A stretch of DNA of 63,616 nt, counting the filler, from Basidioascus undulatus (Eukaryota), in NCBI GenBank assembly GCA_000826855.1. It is 4 parts of 4 records of this genome, joined end to end, with 100 filler letters (N's around TTAATTAATTAA, not from the genome) between each part and the next. Parts side by side here need not be neighbours in the genome. Positions count along the whole stretch, not along the records: positions 32,825 to 63,616 come from JTLS01000108.1; 3 more parts are not named here. One strand, written 5' to 3'. A program made the translations under genes and the position numbers. Positions within the stretch are counted from its first letter, which is position 1. Each line of letters starts with the position of its first letter. The notes below the pieces were generated by a model, which did not search any database, was not told the origin of the DNA, and worked only from the letters and a program-made list of their open reading frames with translations. Shown here in pieces: positions 36,719-49,405 of the stretch.

Positions 36719-39700
36719 TCACCACAAATTCCCCTCATCCCAGCCCCTCCGGGCCCGCGTGTCCCAGTAGTCCGTCCACTGCACCTCCCACTCCTGTTGG
36801 CCCGGGCCGGAGCTGCTCGGCTTGAACCAGCGCGGCGTGTACGTCTCCCCACGCGCCTCCCGCTCTTTGCGGCGTGTCCGCTGCGCCTCCTCGAGCTGGA
36901 TCTTGACCTCGTCCGCGTGCGCGATGTCGCCCTCTTCGAGCGCGCCTTGGTCAGGACGGAAGCGGGTATCGGTCGGCGGAAGATAGGGTCGGATGTCCTC
37001 CGTGATCTCCTGCAAGTACCAGGCTGTCAGACGCGTTCTGGTGGAAGAATCGCGAAAAGCATCGTACGTTCAAGCCGACTGCAAAGTGGCTGAATCCATA
37101 GTGCTCCGGAGCGTCTGGGGGGAACTGATCTCCGACCTCCCAGAGTTGCTGGTAGGTGTCGCCGTCAAGCTGACGTGCGAGATGCGAGTTCCACTTGCCG
37201 GCCAGTTGAGCAACCTTCCGGCCGGACACGTCGAATACTATTCCCGATACGTGCGCTCTGGACGAAGGACCTCCCCAGAACGTGCCTGAGGATGCGACTC
37301 ACCGGTTAGTAAATAATCCGCCTGCAAGGATGGACTGCTCACCTTCTTTGAACGTGATCACACAGCGCTCGCCGGTCGTCTCGTTCGTTATCTCGAGATC
37401 GCCGGTGTGCTAGGGTTTCCACTTTCCCTGTGAGCACGCTGTGCAACATGACGACTTCAGATATGCGCACCTCCAGATACGGCGTGGCGAGCACGAGATT
37501 GCGGATGAAAGAAGACGGCTTATGCCTGGACGATGTCGTGTAAGATGACCGATCTAGGCGGGAGCACGCCGCAGACACGCACCAAGTGAAGACATCTCCC
37601 GTCGAAGTCAGGGTGAGACGTGATGTCCCGACGGGCATGATTTCCTGCATTGCCGAGTCAGGGTTCCGTCGTGCAGCTCAGCTGGTAGACTCCGCGCACC
37701 ATGCTCTTCCCCCAGAACCTTCACAGATCCCATAAGCTGGCGATCGGACGTTGAAAAGCGGGCGCACTCACTTCTGCTTGACACCCGAAGTACTGGAGAA
37801 GACCCAGCCCTTCCCATGTGCGGCCGCAGCGACCAGCGGGGGTTGATGAACGACTTTCTCGGCGAGGAACGAGAAGTCGTTGCCAATGAACTCGTAGGTT
37901 TCGCCGAGCAAGGGGTTGCTTTCACGGACGTTACTCGGTCAGCGCGGACGGCAGAAGTAACGGAACGCGTCGTACAATGGCTTGCGAGTCGTGCGGAACT
38001 GCGTGCAGCTGTGAAAATGGACGTTGCTTCAGCAAGGTTTCTGAAATGAAGCGAACGGTCGTATTTACCTGTACGATGATGTACATAGCGCCGCAATGTA
38101 GCACATGCGCTCGATCGAATCCCTGGCGTTGATAGCCTTGTCGATGAGCTCCGAATACTCCAAATCTTCCGCCACCCTGCGGACAGTGCAGATCAGTTAT
38201 GGCCGCCGTGCACCTGTTCGCATGGTCTCGCACTTCTGCAGCAGCGACAAAGGCTCGTTGAAAGAGACCTGTAGGGGGTAGGGGGTCAGAGGTCGAAAAA
38301 CCGAAGGACAAGCCCTAAACCGGAACGCGTACTGGGAACGAGATGGTGGTCTACGGGTACGTCACGATGGTAAGCTCAAAGACTCCGTGGATTCATCTTT
38401 GTCCGACTCACCAAGTCCTTCCCGACATTCTTCTTCAGCACGCCAAGGATGCCGACGTCCTGACCAAGGAAAATGGTCAGTCTTCTCTCGCGGTGATCGC
38501 AGTACACGAAACAGAGCGACCCACGTCGCCAGAGATGGGGGCTGGGAGCTGACGCCGACGAGTAACTGGGGGATGTGCTGCTGGGGCGTCCGCAGCATCG
38601 CGACTTTGAGCTGCGCGGGCGTCTGCGGTCCGGTCCGAGTCGTATCCGTCGTCCTCGATCACCGCGCCCAGACCTTTCTCCTCCTCGCCCTCCTCGTCGT
38701 CCGAAAGCGCGTATTCCTCTCCGAACGAGGAGGCCGCGTCGAAGAACTCGTACTGCGAGCTGGCTCGCGACGCCGTCCCCGTCGTGTAAGGGCTGCTGGT
38801 GCTGACCCACGACAAGGGTCGGCTGGTGGGAGAGGGACGCGCGTCTGGGGACTGCGGACGCTGACGCTGGGCGAGGATGACGTCGAGGTACGCGTGCTCC
38901 TGGCGCAAGGCGTCGAGCGTGGACGACAGCCGGTCGAGGATAGTCTCGTCCGGGCGGGAGAACGTGCTGCCTCCCGGGAAGTAAGATTCAGTCGGAGAGA
39001 CTTGCTCGGGCTCGGCCGTGTTAGGGATGCTTTTGGGCGCTGTGTTTGCTATTGCAGGTTAAGCAGGTGCTCGGGACAGAAGACAGTGTAGGAAGACGCA
39101 CACTTGCTCTTGCCGGTGAATATGTTGAAGATGCTCGGAGCCGGAGCAGCGTTGGGCTCTTTGCGTGACTTCGCGCTGCTTGGGCGGCGAGAACGACTGG
39201 TGGCGGACGGCGTGCCCGACCGAAGTACAGCGAGGTCGGCCGCCAGTTGGTCCACGAGCTGTTGGCCGGATGCGGGTTCGAGGTCACTTGTATGATGGAA
39301 CATCAAGGTGAGAACGTGCACACCTTTTCGGCCTCCTCCAGATGCTCCCTCGTCCGCGCGATTTCGCCGCTTTCGGATGCGTTTGGCCGCACGGGAGCTC
39401 GGCTGCCGGGTTTGCTGAACTGGCCGAACGCGCTCGTCCACACGTCGTACTCTTCGCGAGAGCTGAACCGAACGTGCCAGGTTGATGTACCGCCGTCGAG
39501 TGTCGCCGAGCGGTGCTTCTCATCCGAAAGCCATGCCGAGCTGCGGAGCGAGACGTGGTCGCGTGGGGCCGAGTCACGGGAAATGCTGTAGTAGACGACG
39601 CCTGAAGGCTGATGAGGGGAGCACACCGGTGAGCAATTAGATGGGATTAGAAGAAGATGTAGAGGCATACAAACAGCTTGAAGTAGCGGCGAGCGTAGCC

Positions 39701-39953
39701 TGTGGTAAGACAGTGAGATGGTGACGGTGCGAGCTGGAGAGAGGACGGTGGCAGACACGCACCTTGCATACGCTTCTGGCGCTTCTTGAGCAAGCTGAAC
39801 CACCGCCGTTATCCCATCAGCACCGCTACAATCCAACTATAGTTCCCCGCTTGGAGAGAAGGGCCTGTGCACGTACAAGCCCTCGAGAATGGGATCGCCC
39901 TCGCCCGACTGAATGTCGGCGAGCGACATGCGGCGCGAGTTGCGCACCGACAT
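36719..39953 (-). CDS. Oxysterol-binding protein-related protein (PH + FFAT + ORD), Osh3-like
   Basis: PH start LLKKRQKRMQG|YARRYFKL, FFAT-like QYEFFDAASS, and ORD KKNVGKDL|TTISFP|VSFNEPLSLLQK, RKPF|NPLLGETYE, EKVVHQPP, FWGKSM, LPPTDTRFRPDQ, LEEAQR. Ends ...GNLW*. Confidence 0.9.
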
Positions 39954-40875
39954 GATTGCGTGAAGACGGCCACCCGTGTGCCGTTGCTGAATCTAGTGCT
40001 CGCGGTGATGCTGCTGTTGTCAGTGTGGACAATGGGGAGGATGAAGGGTGGGGAACAAGCGCAGTACTGGCGTGCTGCTGTGCCCCCTGAGCGTCGTGAG
40101 AGCGGGCCGTTCCCCTTTGTTCCCCGTGCTCGACTCGCGCGGTCGCGACACGACGCGTCCTCATAAATTGCTTTTTTCAGGGTTACGTCGCGATGCGCCT
40201 CTCATCGTTGCTGCGACCTAGCTGTGCTTCGTCTCTTGATGATAATACGCAGCTGTTGCGCAAATTGGCTTGAATATAATAATGAGATTGATAGTACCAT
40301 GCACGTACTTATTCGTGTACATCTCAAGCTGCAACGAATAGACTCGTACCCAGACCGTGACTCATGTCAGAAGAGACAGGGAGATAACCATCTGACACTG
40401 ACAGGTGCGCACCGCAAACGACTTATTGGATTTCCACTTTCGTGTCATTCAGACGCGAGGCCGTCTGGGTACGAGTGTACAACAAACCAACTGAGGCGAG
40501 AGAGCGTGTACAGTTGCAGCGGGCACCAAGTATGAACCTTCTGCCAGGCTGGCCATTGTCCATCGTGTGCCATGCTGCTTGCGTGCGAATTGCCATCATC
40601 TCCGACGATGCGTCCGTTCATGGAAAAAGGTGGACAGATGCATCACAGGTGGACTCCCTCCAGCCCAGTGAATGAGGACTGAGGGGTGAGAAGTTGGCAT
40701 GGCGTCGAGCAGCGAGGCGATACGGATGAAGCCTGCATGAAGTCACTGACTTTCGAACGCCCTTCATATTAAGACCCTCAGAAACCCAAACCTGGTCGTC
40801 CTCTCCTCACGAACATCCTTCTTTGACCTGCACACCACATCTTTACCACCACACGCCCAACCACCAGCGATCGCC

Positions 40876-41459
40876 ATGCCTCGCCCCGCCGACAGCCAAT
40901 CTTTCAAGAATCCTCCCGGCCCTCGCCCCGACCTCTCTGACCCGGGCAACCCGAGCTCGACGCTCAAGGGCCAGGCACCCAACCAGAAGGCGTACAACTA
41001 CGCCGCGGACGCGCCCGACACCCAGCACGTTCTGCCTTCCGATTTCCGCCTCAACAACCTGCAGGCGGGCGTGAAGGGGGAGAACTACGCGGAGCCGGTT
41101 AGGCAGCCGAGGGAGCCGGAACTCGGTCGCACTGTCGGTAAGTGCAAACTGAGTGTTATCGGAGCATTGTGCCGAATGGTGTGACGCTGGCCGTGTGCGA
41201 TATCCAGGGCGTTACACCGACGACGAGCGCGTAGGCATGCACGCACAGCGGCCGCGGTATGAGTACGACCCCAACGATGAGCGGATCGAGGAGCAGGTAC
41301 GTATTGCCGCATTTACATGTATTCGAGTGAGCTTTACTGAGGGCATCACCAACGATAAAGTCCCACGACATCGACCTGCCCGCCACCAAGCCGCACATGC
41401 CGCCGCGTCCCACGGGCGAAGCGGACCGCACCAAGGTTCATCGCGGCGGGGCGTACTAG
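40876..41459 (+). CDS. Small hydrophilic hypothetical protein, 3 exons
   Basis: MPRPADSQSFKNPPGPRPD...ELGRTV|GRYTDDERVGMHAQRPRYEYDPNDERIEEQ|SHDIDLP...HRGGAY*. Introns are canonical and codon usage is GC3-rich. Confidence 0.65.
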
Positions 41460-41901
41460 GTGGATACTTGCAGAAGTGAACAATGGATGAGATGAATGAT
41501 CAAGTAGCGTAGTGCGATAGCGTGATTCAGCCTGCATAGGGATGGGGAGGTCGGAGCGTGCAGGCCAGCACAGCGCCGCTTTCAACATGATGGACCGTGA
41601 TAGTACGACTGCTTCGCCAGCACCTTATAGGTACGGAGACGAGGAAAAGTTGAAGTCTTCCGGTTCAGGAGCATAGCACCTTCGAGAATTTCTAACACAC
41701 ATCGCCGACAACCCGTGGACAATAAAGTCGCTCAGCGGAAGAAAGACGCCAGGCCAACATGAAATGGTGCAACACATCAAGACATCGACAACCCCCAACA
41801 ACTCTCAGGAAGATCACCGCGGAGCCGAATCTGCATGGAACCCATCCAACGTCAACCTAATTCAGGAGTACTAGCGGGATGAAAGCCAAGTACGCACGCA
41901 G

Positions 41902-42333
41902 CTACTTCTGCAGCCCAACGTTGAGGTCCGGCAAGCCCGACGAGACCCCGTCCAAGACGCCCCCCGCCGTATCCGACGCCGAATCGACCACTCCACCGAC
42001 CGTGTTCGTCAGTCCCTGGACGGTCTGCCCGAGCCCTCCGAGCAGGCCGACGCCGCCGCCGCCGCCCCCGTTACCGACGAGGCCCCCGACGACGGGCAAG
42101 CCGGAGAGGATGCCTTGTGGGCCGACGAGGAGGGGGCCGACGAGGGGGACGCCCGAGACCAGCCCGCCCAATCCGAAGAGTCCGCCGCCGCTGTTCCCTC
42201 CGCCCAGGCCGCCGAGGAGACCGCCGCCGCCGGCGCCGGCGAGACCGTCCAGGAGAGGGACTGGCACGGCGGAGATCGGTGGAGCGGGGAGGGCGGCGAG
42301 GACGAGGAGGGTGAGGAGGTAGGGGGAGCGCAT
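41902..42333 (-). CDS. Small secreted Gly/Leu/Val-rich protein
   Basis: Signal peptide MRSPYLLTLLVLAALPAPPISA followed by LLGGL/VPLVGPLL/LPVVGGLV repeats. 143 aa, no Cys. Confidence 0.7.
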   Translation of the reverse strand: MRSPYLLTLLVLAALPAPPISAVPVPLLDGLAGAGGGGLLGGLGGGNSGGGLFGLGGLVSGVPLVGPLLVGPQGILSGLPVVGGLVGNGGGGGGVGLLGGLGQTVQGLTNTVGGVVDSASDTAGGVLDGVSSGLPDLNVGLQK

Positions 42334-43175
42334 CGTGTGCGGTTGCTGAGCGAGAGGAGAGGAGTGGGTGCAGACTGGTGGGGCGGGGGAGAGGGCGTCA
42401 GCGACGAACCCCGAGAACCGGAAAGACGTGGACGAGGACGTACGAGCGTGATGTGTGCGCAAAGAAGGAGTTTAATTGTTGACCAGCGGAATAGTGCGAC
42501 CTGCGCGAGCGATGAGAAGGCGAGAGGACGAGGAGCGCGAAAAGTGAGAGGAGGAAGGACGAGAACACGAGGGGGAATGAGCAAGGAGCGCTCAGCCGCG
42601 AAGGAAGGTATGTATGTGAAAGGAGAACAGGGGTCAAATGAGCGGCGGACCAAGGCGACAGGAGGTGTGTTGAGTTGGAGGGCCCGGTCTGGTTCGAGAG
42701 GGGTCGGACTGGAGCCATGGATTCGACTGAGTCGTGGTGGGCTGGTCGGCGGACTTAAGACGTATGTTTGATCAGTTCACATTTGAATATGAGGCAAATA
42801 TCGATACGAAATATATGGTAGCTTTGAGGTCAGTTCGTTGAGTCAGTCCGTCGACATCAGTTCCAGCAAGCTCGAGTCGAAAAAGCACTGCCGCTGCACG
42901 CGGTGAGTGGGCCGCGCCAACGGATCCGAATAAAACAGCCAGGTGTTCGATAAACCAATTTTAAAGAAAAACTGCGGCGCAAGTAACGGCGTTACCGCGG
43001 ACTTGGGGGCGAAAGAGGTGAAGGTGACGCAGCGGCAGTTGATCGGGTCGGCGCCGCGTTTGGGCATAATCCGAAGACTGCGAACGATCGAAAGACCGGA
43101 AAAACGTGAGCACTGAAGAAGTACGACAGCGAGAAAGACGACCTGCCGCAGTGCGATGGAACGGAGCGTCTTCGG

Positions 43176-44454
43176 TCAGTCCAATTCGACGACGACCGGC
43201 CTGTCCTCCTCGTCCTCCTCTTCCATATCCCCATCGTCTTCTTCCTCCGCTGTGGGGGTGTCCCACCCGTCCAAGCTCCACCCGAACCGCTCGCCCACCT
43301 TCCTGAGCTTTTCCCACCCTTCCCTAATCTCCTCCGCGCGGCTCCAGTCCATCCTGAGGCGGAGACCGACGCGCAGGTTCTCGAGCTCCGTGAGCCACAC
43401 GCGCTCTTGCCCGGGGAGATCGACGGCGAAGAAGTCTGGGCGGAGGAAAGTGAGCTGGGTGGAGAGCGTGTGGAGGAGGGCGAGGTAGAGGTTCTGCAGG
43501 GTCTCTTGGCGTTCGGGCGTGGGTGCCGGGAGGGGGAGGGACGGGGCGGAGGGGGGCGAGAAGAGGAGGTGCGAGCGCGCCAGGAGGGTGAGGAGCGACT
43601 CGAAGTGCAGGAGCGCGGAGGGGTTGTGGAGGATTTTGGATAGGAGGAAGGAGAGCTCGAGGTGCGCGAGGAGGGCGAGGGGTTCTGCCGAGAGGAGGCG
43701 CTTCGTGAGCGGGTCATAAAGCGGGAAGGAAGGAAAACACGCACCACCTCCTAGCTGTTTATCCACGACGTCCCAGAAGGCCCAAGACTTGTCCTTTGAG
43801 AACAGCGTTACCTCCTCGCCCACCGCGCCATCTCTCCAGCTCCTCTTGAGCTCGACCCTCGACAACTTCAGCGTTTTCTCGGCTCCCGCTCCCTCCTTCG
43901 CCTCCCCCTCCGATTCCGCCTCAGCCTGCATCAGACTATCCACCGCGCCGTCCTCGCCGACAACGCGGCGGACCGTCTCCTCGGTCAGATGGGCGGTCAT
44001 GGCGTGCCATTGCTCGGCGTGCTCGAGCGGGTAGGGCGCGAGATGGGCGTCGAGCGCCCTGAGGTGGTCGGAGGAGATGGCGAGGGGCGAGGGGTTGAGC
44101 GTGACGGACTCGGAGGAGGGGTCGTACGTGAGAGAGAGCGTTTGTTGGGGCGCGAGGAAGATGAAGTGCGCGGACTTGGCGAGGGCGTCGGGTGGGGAGT
44201 GGACGATGAGGTGTAGACCCGGGGGCACGAACTTGAGTCCCTCAAGCTTTCTGACTGTCCAAGCTCTGATCTTTTATTGAGCATATGCGATGGAGGTCGG
44301 AGAGAAGGCGAAAGAAGACGCACTGCCCGTCGATGCCAAACTCTGCCCCCTCCGGCAAGCCCTGGACCAAGACAAACGAGCCCGATTCAAACAGCGCTCG
44401 AGCTTGATCCTGGGAGAGGTAAGATGTAGTCATGTCTGTGTCGAGATTGGACAT
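43176..44454 (-). CDS. AAR2: U5 snRNP assembly factor Aar2
   Basis: LSQDQARALFESGSFVLVQGLPEGAEFGIDG|..GLKFVPPGLHLIVHS, LRALDAHLAPYP, GAVGEEVTLFSKDKSW, LLAHLELSFL, and an acidic tail ending EEDRPVVVELD*. Confidence 0.9.
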
Positions 44455-44936
44455 GGCGGTGAAAGGCAGAAGAGAAGACGCGTCGAGGTCGCGAGGCTCT
44501 GCGAGATCGGCACATCATCTTTCCCTGTGACTGTGACGGTCTCAGTGCAAGGAGCATATCCCTAGATGAGTCGGTATATTTTGGAGATATGTCCAATAAA
44601 AATTCGTATTAACTGCACCGGAATCCATTTGTAACTGTGCGGCTGAGCAGGCGGGCCGGCTGGTCGTTATCAAGTCAATTTCTTTGGCAACGACACCGGG
44701 CGGGGGAGCACGCGGCCCATTGCCGCCGCCTGACTGGCATCTCCTTGAGGTCCAACGACGACGACCACAGCCCAAGCGCGTCTCCAGACTTGATATAAAT
44801 CCCAGATTCCGCATCATCACACATTCTGATCCTCAGGCATATTCATCCGCCCACACAGTCAGCGCACTCCAGAGTCCCTTTCCCCTGACACACCCACACC
44901 CGCACTCCGCTCTCCTCCGCGCCACCACCGTCGACC

Positions 44937-47596
44937 ATGTCCGGCTGGCTCTGGACCACGCCCGCGAGCCAATTCGACGAGGCTGTCGGTGCGCACTATC
45001 TCCAGAGCACTACCGCTCTACCCCAGCTCTGACCGGGATCCTGCACCTATCCGCAGACAAGGCGACCTCTGAGCTCATCCCAAAGGGCCAGGAGGACATC
45101 GCCCTCTCGCTCGAGATCTGCGACCAGATCCGCTCAAAGGCCGTCCCCCCCAAGGATGCCATGCGCAGCATCAAGCGGAGGCTACTCCACACCAACCCAA
45201 ACGTGGTCCTTCTCGCCCTCGGCGTATGTCCACCCCCATCCCCGTCCTGCATTCTGTGTCAAGCGACTGATGAAGGGGCTCCGGGCAGCTCGCCGACGTC
45301 TGTGTCAAGAACGGCGGAGAGCACCTTCTCGTCGAGGTGGCATCCAAGGAGTTCATGGACGCATATGCGGATGTCGTCAAGAAGCCGGTGCGTTGCTCAC
45401 ATCATGCCGGTGGACGGGTCGGGGAAGCTGAAGGGGCGATGTGCGGACCGTGCAGGGCGTCAACCACGAAGTCAAGGCCAAGAGCCTCCTCCTTCTTCAA
45501 AACTGGGCGATCGCGTTCGAGAGCAATTCCAAGCTCTCGTACACTGTCACCATCTATCGGGAGCTGAAAGCCTCAGGTGCGCCGCTGCGGGCCCCTAGCT
45601 GCGCTCGTTCCGCTACTCAACATCATCTGCGCAGGCCAACCTTTCCCTCCAAAGTCCTCTACGGCAACAGCAGCGATGGTGGAGACCACGACCGTGCGTC
45701 CTTATGCCTATAATACTTGCGTCGAGTCGATTGACCTCTCGCTGCTGCCGCGGCAACCGCAGGCCCCCGAGTGGACCGACAGCGAGTCGTGCCAGCGGTG
45801 CCGGACGCCCTTCTCGACCTTCAACCGCAAGCACCACTGCCGCAACTGCGGCAAAATCTTTGACGCCGTCTGCTGTAACAAGTTCATCCCTCTCCCGCAC
45901 TTCGGCATCACGCAGGCCGTGCGCGTCTGCGAGGGCTGCCACGCCAAGCTTACGCGCGGTGGTGGTGCTGGGCTCAAGCGGTGAGTCTCCGCTTCTCCCA
46001 GGTGGGTCATTGGCATGTCGAGGGCATGTGTTGAACTGGGACCGCACGGCTCGCCGGCAGATCATCCACGACCATCGCCCCCTCGCGGCCGCCCGCCTCA
46101 GCCCACGTCCACACCCGCTCCACGTCGATATCAACACGCAAAACCGGCGCGGACGACATGGACCCCGATCTAGCGCGGGCGATCGCGCTCTCCCTGGCCG
46201 AGTCGGCGGCGCACGAGCGCGCGGCGGCCGCGGCGCCGAGCGAGCCGCCCATCGCCTCGGGGCGGCGGGAGGTGCCGGACGGGAAGCTCGGGACGGAGGA
46301 CGAGGACGACCCGGACTTGCGCGCGGCGATCGAGGCGAGCATCAGGGAGATGAACGCGCCCAAGCCGAGCGCGCCCGCTGCGGTTCCCGAGGACGAGCTG
46401 CCGCGGCAGGCATACAACGGTTATACGCCGTATACGCCTTATGACCCGTACAGGTCGGCGTCTACAGCAGCGGGACCGTCGGCGACTCCGGTGCCACCGG
46501 TGCGTTGCCCTATGCAGCGCTTCCCATCGTGCTGAGGCGCATTGCTGACACAAGCGTCTTCCAGCCACTTCCTTCCTTCGATCTCGATATTCGAGAGACA
46601 GACACGATCTTATCCTTCGCGCAGACCGTCGAGCAGGCGCAGGCGCAGGGCGCCGTATTTCCGCAGCACGCCGCACCGCTATACGACCAGGCGCGGGGCC
46701 TGCAACCGAAGTTGGTACAGAGCGTTGACGACGCAGCTCGAAAAGAGCGTATGTTGCCTGTTAATCCGCTCTCCTGCTTGTGCGTACCGGGCTGACCTGG
46801 ATTGGGTACCCGCGCAGAAACGCTGTCGGACATGCATGCTAAGCTTTCCGAGGCTGTCCGGCTCTACAACCGGCTCCTGGAGGGCCAGATCGAGGGCCGA
46901 CGAAACGCGGCAGCCGCGTACGTCCAGCCACAGCCGTACGCCGCGCCACCCGAGCCAGTGTACGCGTCCCATCCGACCGTCGCATCTCCGGCACCTGCAC
47001 CCCCCGCGCCGGGCATCTACCCCTCCCTCCACGCAGCTCCCTCCGTCGCCACTGCGTCCGAGCAGCCATACGCGCCGTACTCGTACGCGCCAGTGCCGCA
47101 GCAGCAATGGGCACCCGCGCCCGCGGCCCCTTCTGCCGTCGGAGCCACCTCCGCCCCCGCCGCGCCGTCCTGGCACCCCTACCCTGCGCCCACGCCCGAG
47201 CACCCTTCTTCCGTCTACCCATCCATGTCCACCGCACCCGTCCATTCCCCGCCCGTCGCACCCGAGCCCCAGATGCTCCAAAGCACCGCACCCGTGTCCA
47301 TCGCACCTCCCGCACCCCCCGCTGCATCTCCGTCCCCGCCCCGCCAGGCCCCGCCGCAGCCGCAGACGCAGCCGACGCTGCAGCGCGCGCTGAGCCATCC
47401 AGTCGCGCACTCGCAACCCCAGCAGCAGCAGCAGCAGCAGCAGTACCACCCGCAGCAGCAACAGTACAGCGCGCTGGCAAACCTGCCCTCCGTGCCCTCG
47501 CTGCCATCCGTCCCGGCGTCGCTGCCCTCGCCGCCGTACGGGCATCACGCGCATACGCACGCGCAGCCACAGGAGGCAATGCTAATCGAGTTGTAG
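44937..47596 (+). CDS. VPS27: ESCRT-0 subunit Vps27/Hrs (VHS, FYVE, 2 UIM, GAT-like, Pro/Gln-rich tail)
   Basis: VHS ([31 protein letters not shown]), FYVE ([22 protein letters not shown]), UIMs [14 protein letters not shown] and [14 protein letters not shown], and a C-terminal clathrin-box-like LIEL*. Confidence 0.95.
47420..47443 (+). repeat. (CAG)8 microsatellite encoding polyGln in Vps27
   Basis: Eight uninterrupted CAG units. Confidence 0.9.
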
Positions 47597-48284
47597 TGGC
47601 TTGTTGTGCTGTCGGGGACGGAGACCTGATCTGGTAGTTGTTCGTCGTTCGCGTGTGACTGTATGAGTATTGAAGCGTTATGATCATTGCTTTACGTCTT
47701 TTTTCTTTTGACGTTTGTTCTACGAAACCATGGCCGGCCTCCTTCTCCATCCCCATCAGCGACCTCTTGCCCGACTTCGTCATGAACAATACTCGACTTA
47801 CGGCAGATTGCAAGGCCTTGAGGACCGACCGGCGCCAAGGAAACGAAGCAAGTTCGCCTTCGATGGAGAGAGAACGGCCGCCGTGAGTTCGAGGATACGA
47901 AAAGGTATGATGCTCTGAGCAGAAGTTCCAAGGATATATCGTATTCTCTGCCTGACTGGGAACGGCGAAGCACATTGGAAACAGAGGAGCACATTCACGG
48001 TGTAGGCTTGTCAACATGAGAGCGCATATCAGGTTTAGTTCAAGTAAGACAAAGGGTTAGAAATACCTGAAAGATAAATATACTGAAGTACTCGAGTCTT
48101 AGTGCATCATTAAAAGGTCCACCATCCACTGCAAGCGAGCATTTCGTCGCTGACTCTGACAGTCAGTGCAGATCCTCATTCTGGATGCATCGCCAATCAT
48201 CTAGAACCATGACATGTATAGCTCCCAGACAGAGAGAATATATGCAATGCACTTCTGTAACTATACAAGCATGGCTCAAGATGG

Positions 48285-49405
48285 CTTGACCAAGCCCATC
48301 TCGAGATCCCTCGCGGCTTGCGTCGACGTGTCGCCCACTTCCTTGGCATTGTTGCAGGCGCTGTGATTGCGAAGCATCAACGTGCAGTCAGTCGGCTGTC
48401 CTAGGTTTTTGTTAGAGTAGTGCAGAGAAAGAACATACTAGTCGGAGAGTTCTTTCAAACCTACCATCGTCATCCTGCTCCCCTTCGTCAGCCGATCGGG
48501 CGACCATGCATGCGGGAAGTGTGATCAAGTTGAGATTACTCACAGTGCCTGCCAGTCAAAATAGCAAGGAAATGGAGCCCAAATCGTACCACCCCGTCCG
48601 TGAACATACCACTCACGTCCGCGGCAGTTTGGGCCTCTCGCCGCTGATGCCGGCCATGGACAAGAACAGCTCGCAATCGAACAGCATATGGACCGCAAAG
48701 GTCACCCGGGACGAGCAGAAGAGCACAATCCTAACGAGGTGGCCCTGGAGGGGACTCAAAAAAGGTGAAGCCTTGACTGTAAGCAAAGGCAGAGCAATGG
48801 GTCAGAATCGCAGGGTGCTCAGCCAGCCAGGCAAGCGGCGGACTGAATACTGCGGCCGCGTATGTGAATCCCATAGAACTGGCGTGCATCGTCCTTGATG
48901 ACAAAAGATAGCCATGTCAAGAGCTGTTCCTGTTCCTTATTTTGCAGGGGTACCATGAAAGCATGAGTACAGGCACAGGCCAAATGCCCCCAGCCAAATA
49001 GCCGTAGGAGACCATGAACAATGTCGGCCATACGAGCTGGTAGAAGTACACCAGGTCAGGCCATTCTTTGATGATGTACTACTCAGGAAAAGACCCGAAC
49101 TCACAAAGCTTAAGGCAAAGTCGAGGAATTTGTCGCTGCCCATGTCGCTGCCCCAGTCATAGTTCTCGTTATCCCATATCAAAAGGCGGTAGGCTACAGC
49201 AAGGAATTGACCATTCAGTCCATGCAAAAGAGGGAACGTTTTTGGTTGTCCGGAACTTACAGTATGCACTAATCAAGGGAGCCACCAACGCAAGCATGAG
49301 TAACCGTCCGAACTCCGAATGAACCGTGAGGAGTCCGCTCGCCGTGCCGAGGCCGAGGATGGCGAAGATGAGTAGGTGCACGCCTGCGAAGATGCATTCT
49401 GACAA
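48285..49405 (-). pseudogene. Possible decayed multi-pass membrane protein gene
   Basis: Several hydrophobic fragments (HLLIFAILGLGTASGLL, LLMLALVAPLISA, LVRIVLFCSS) lie in different frames with stops and intron-like remnants. No family recognised. Confidence 0.3.
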
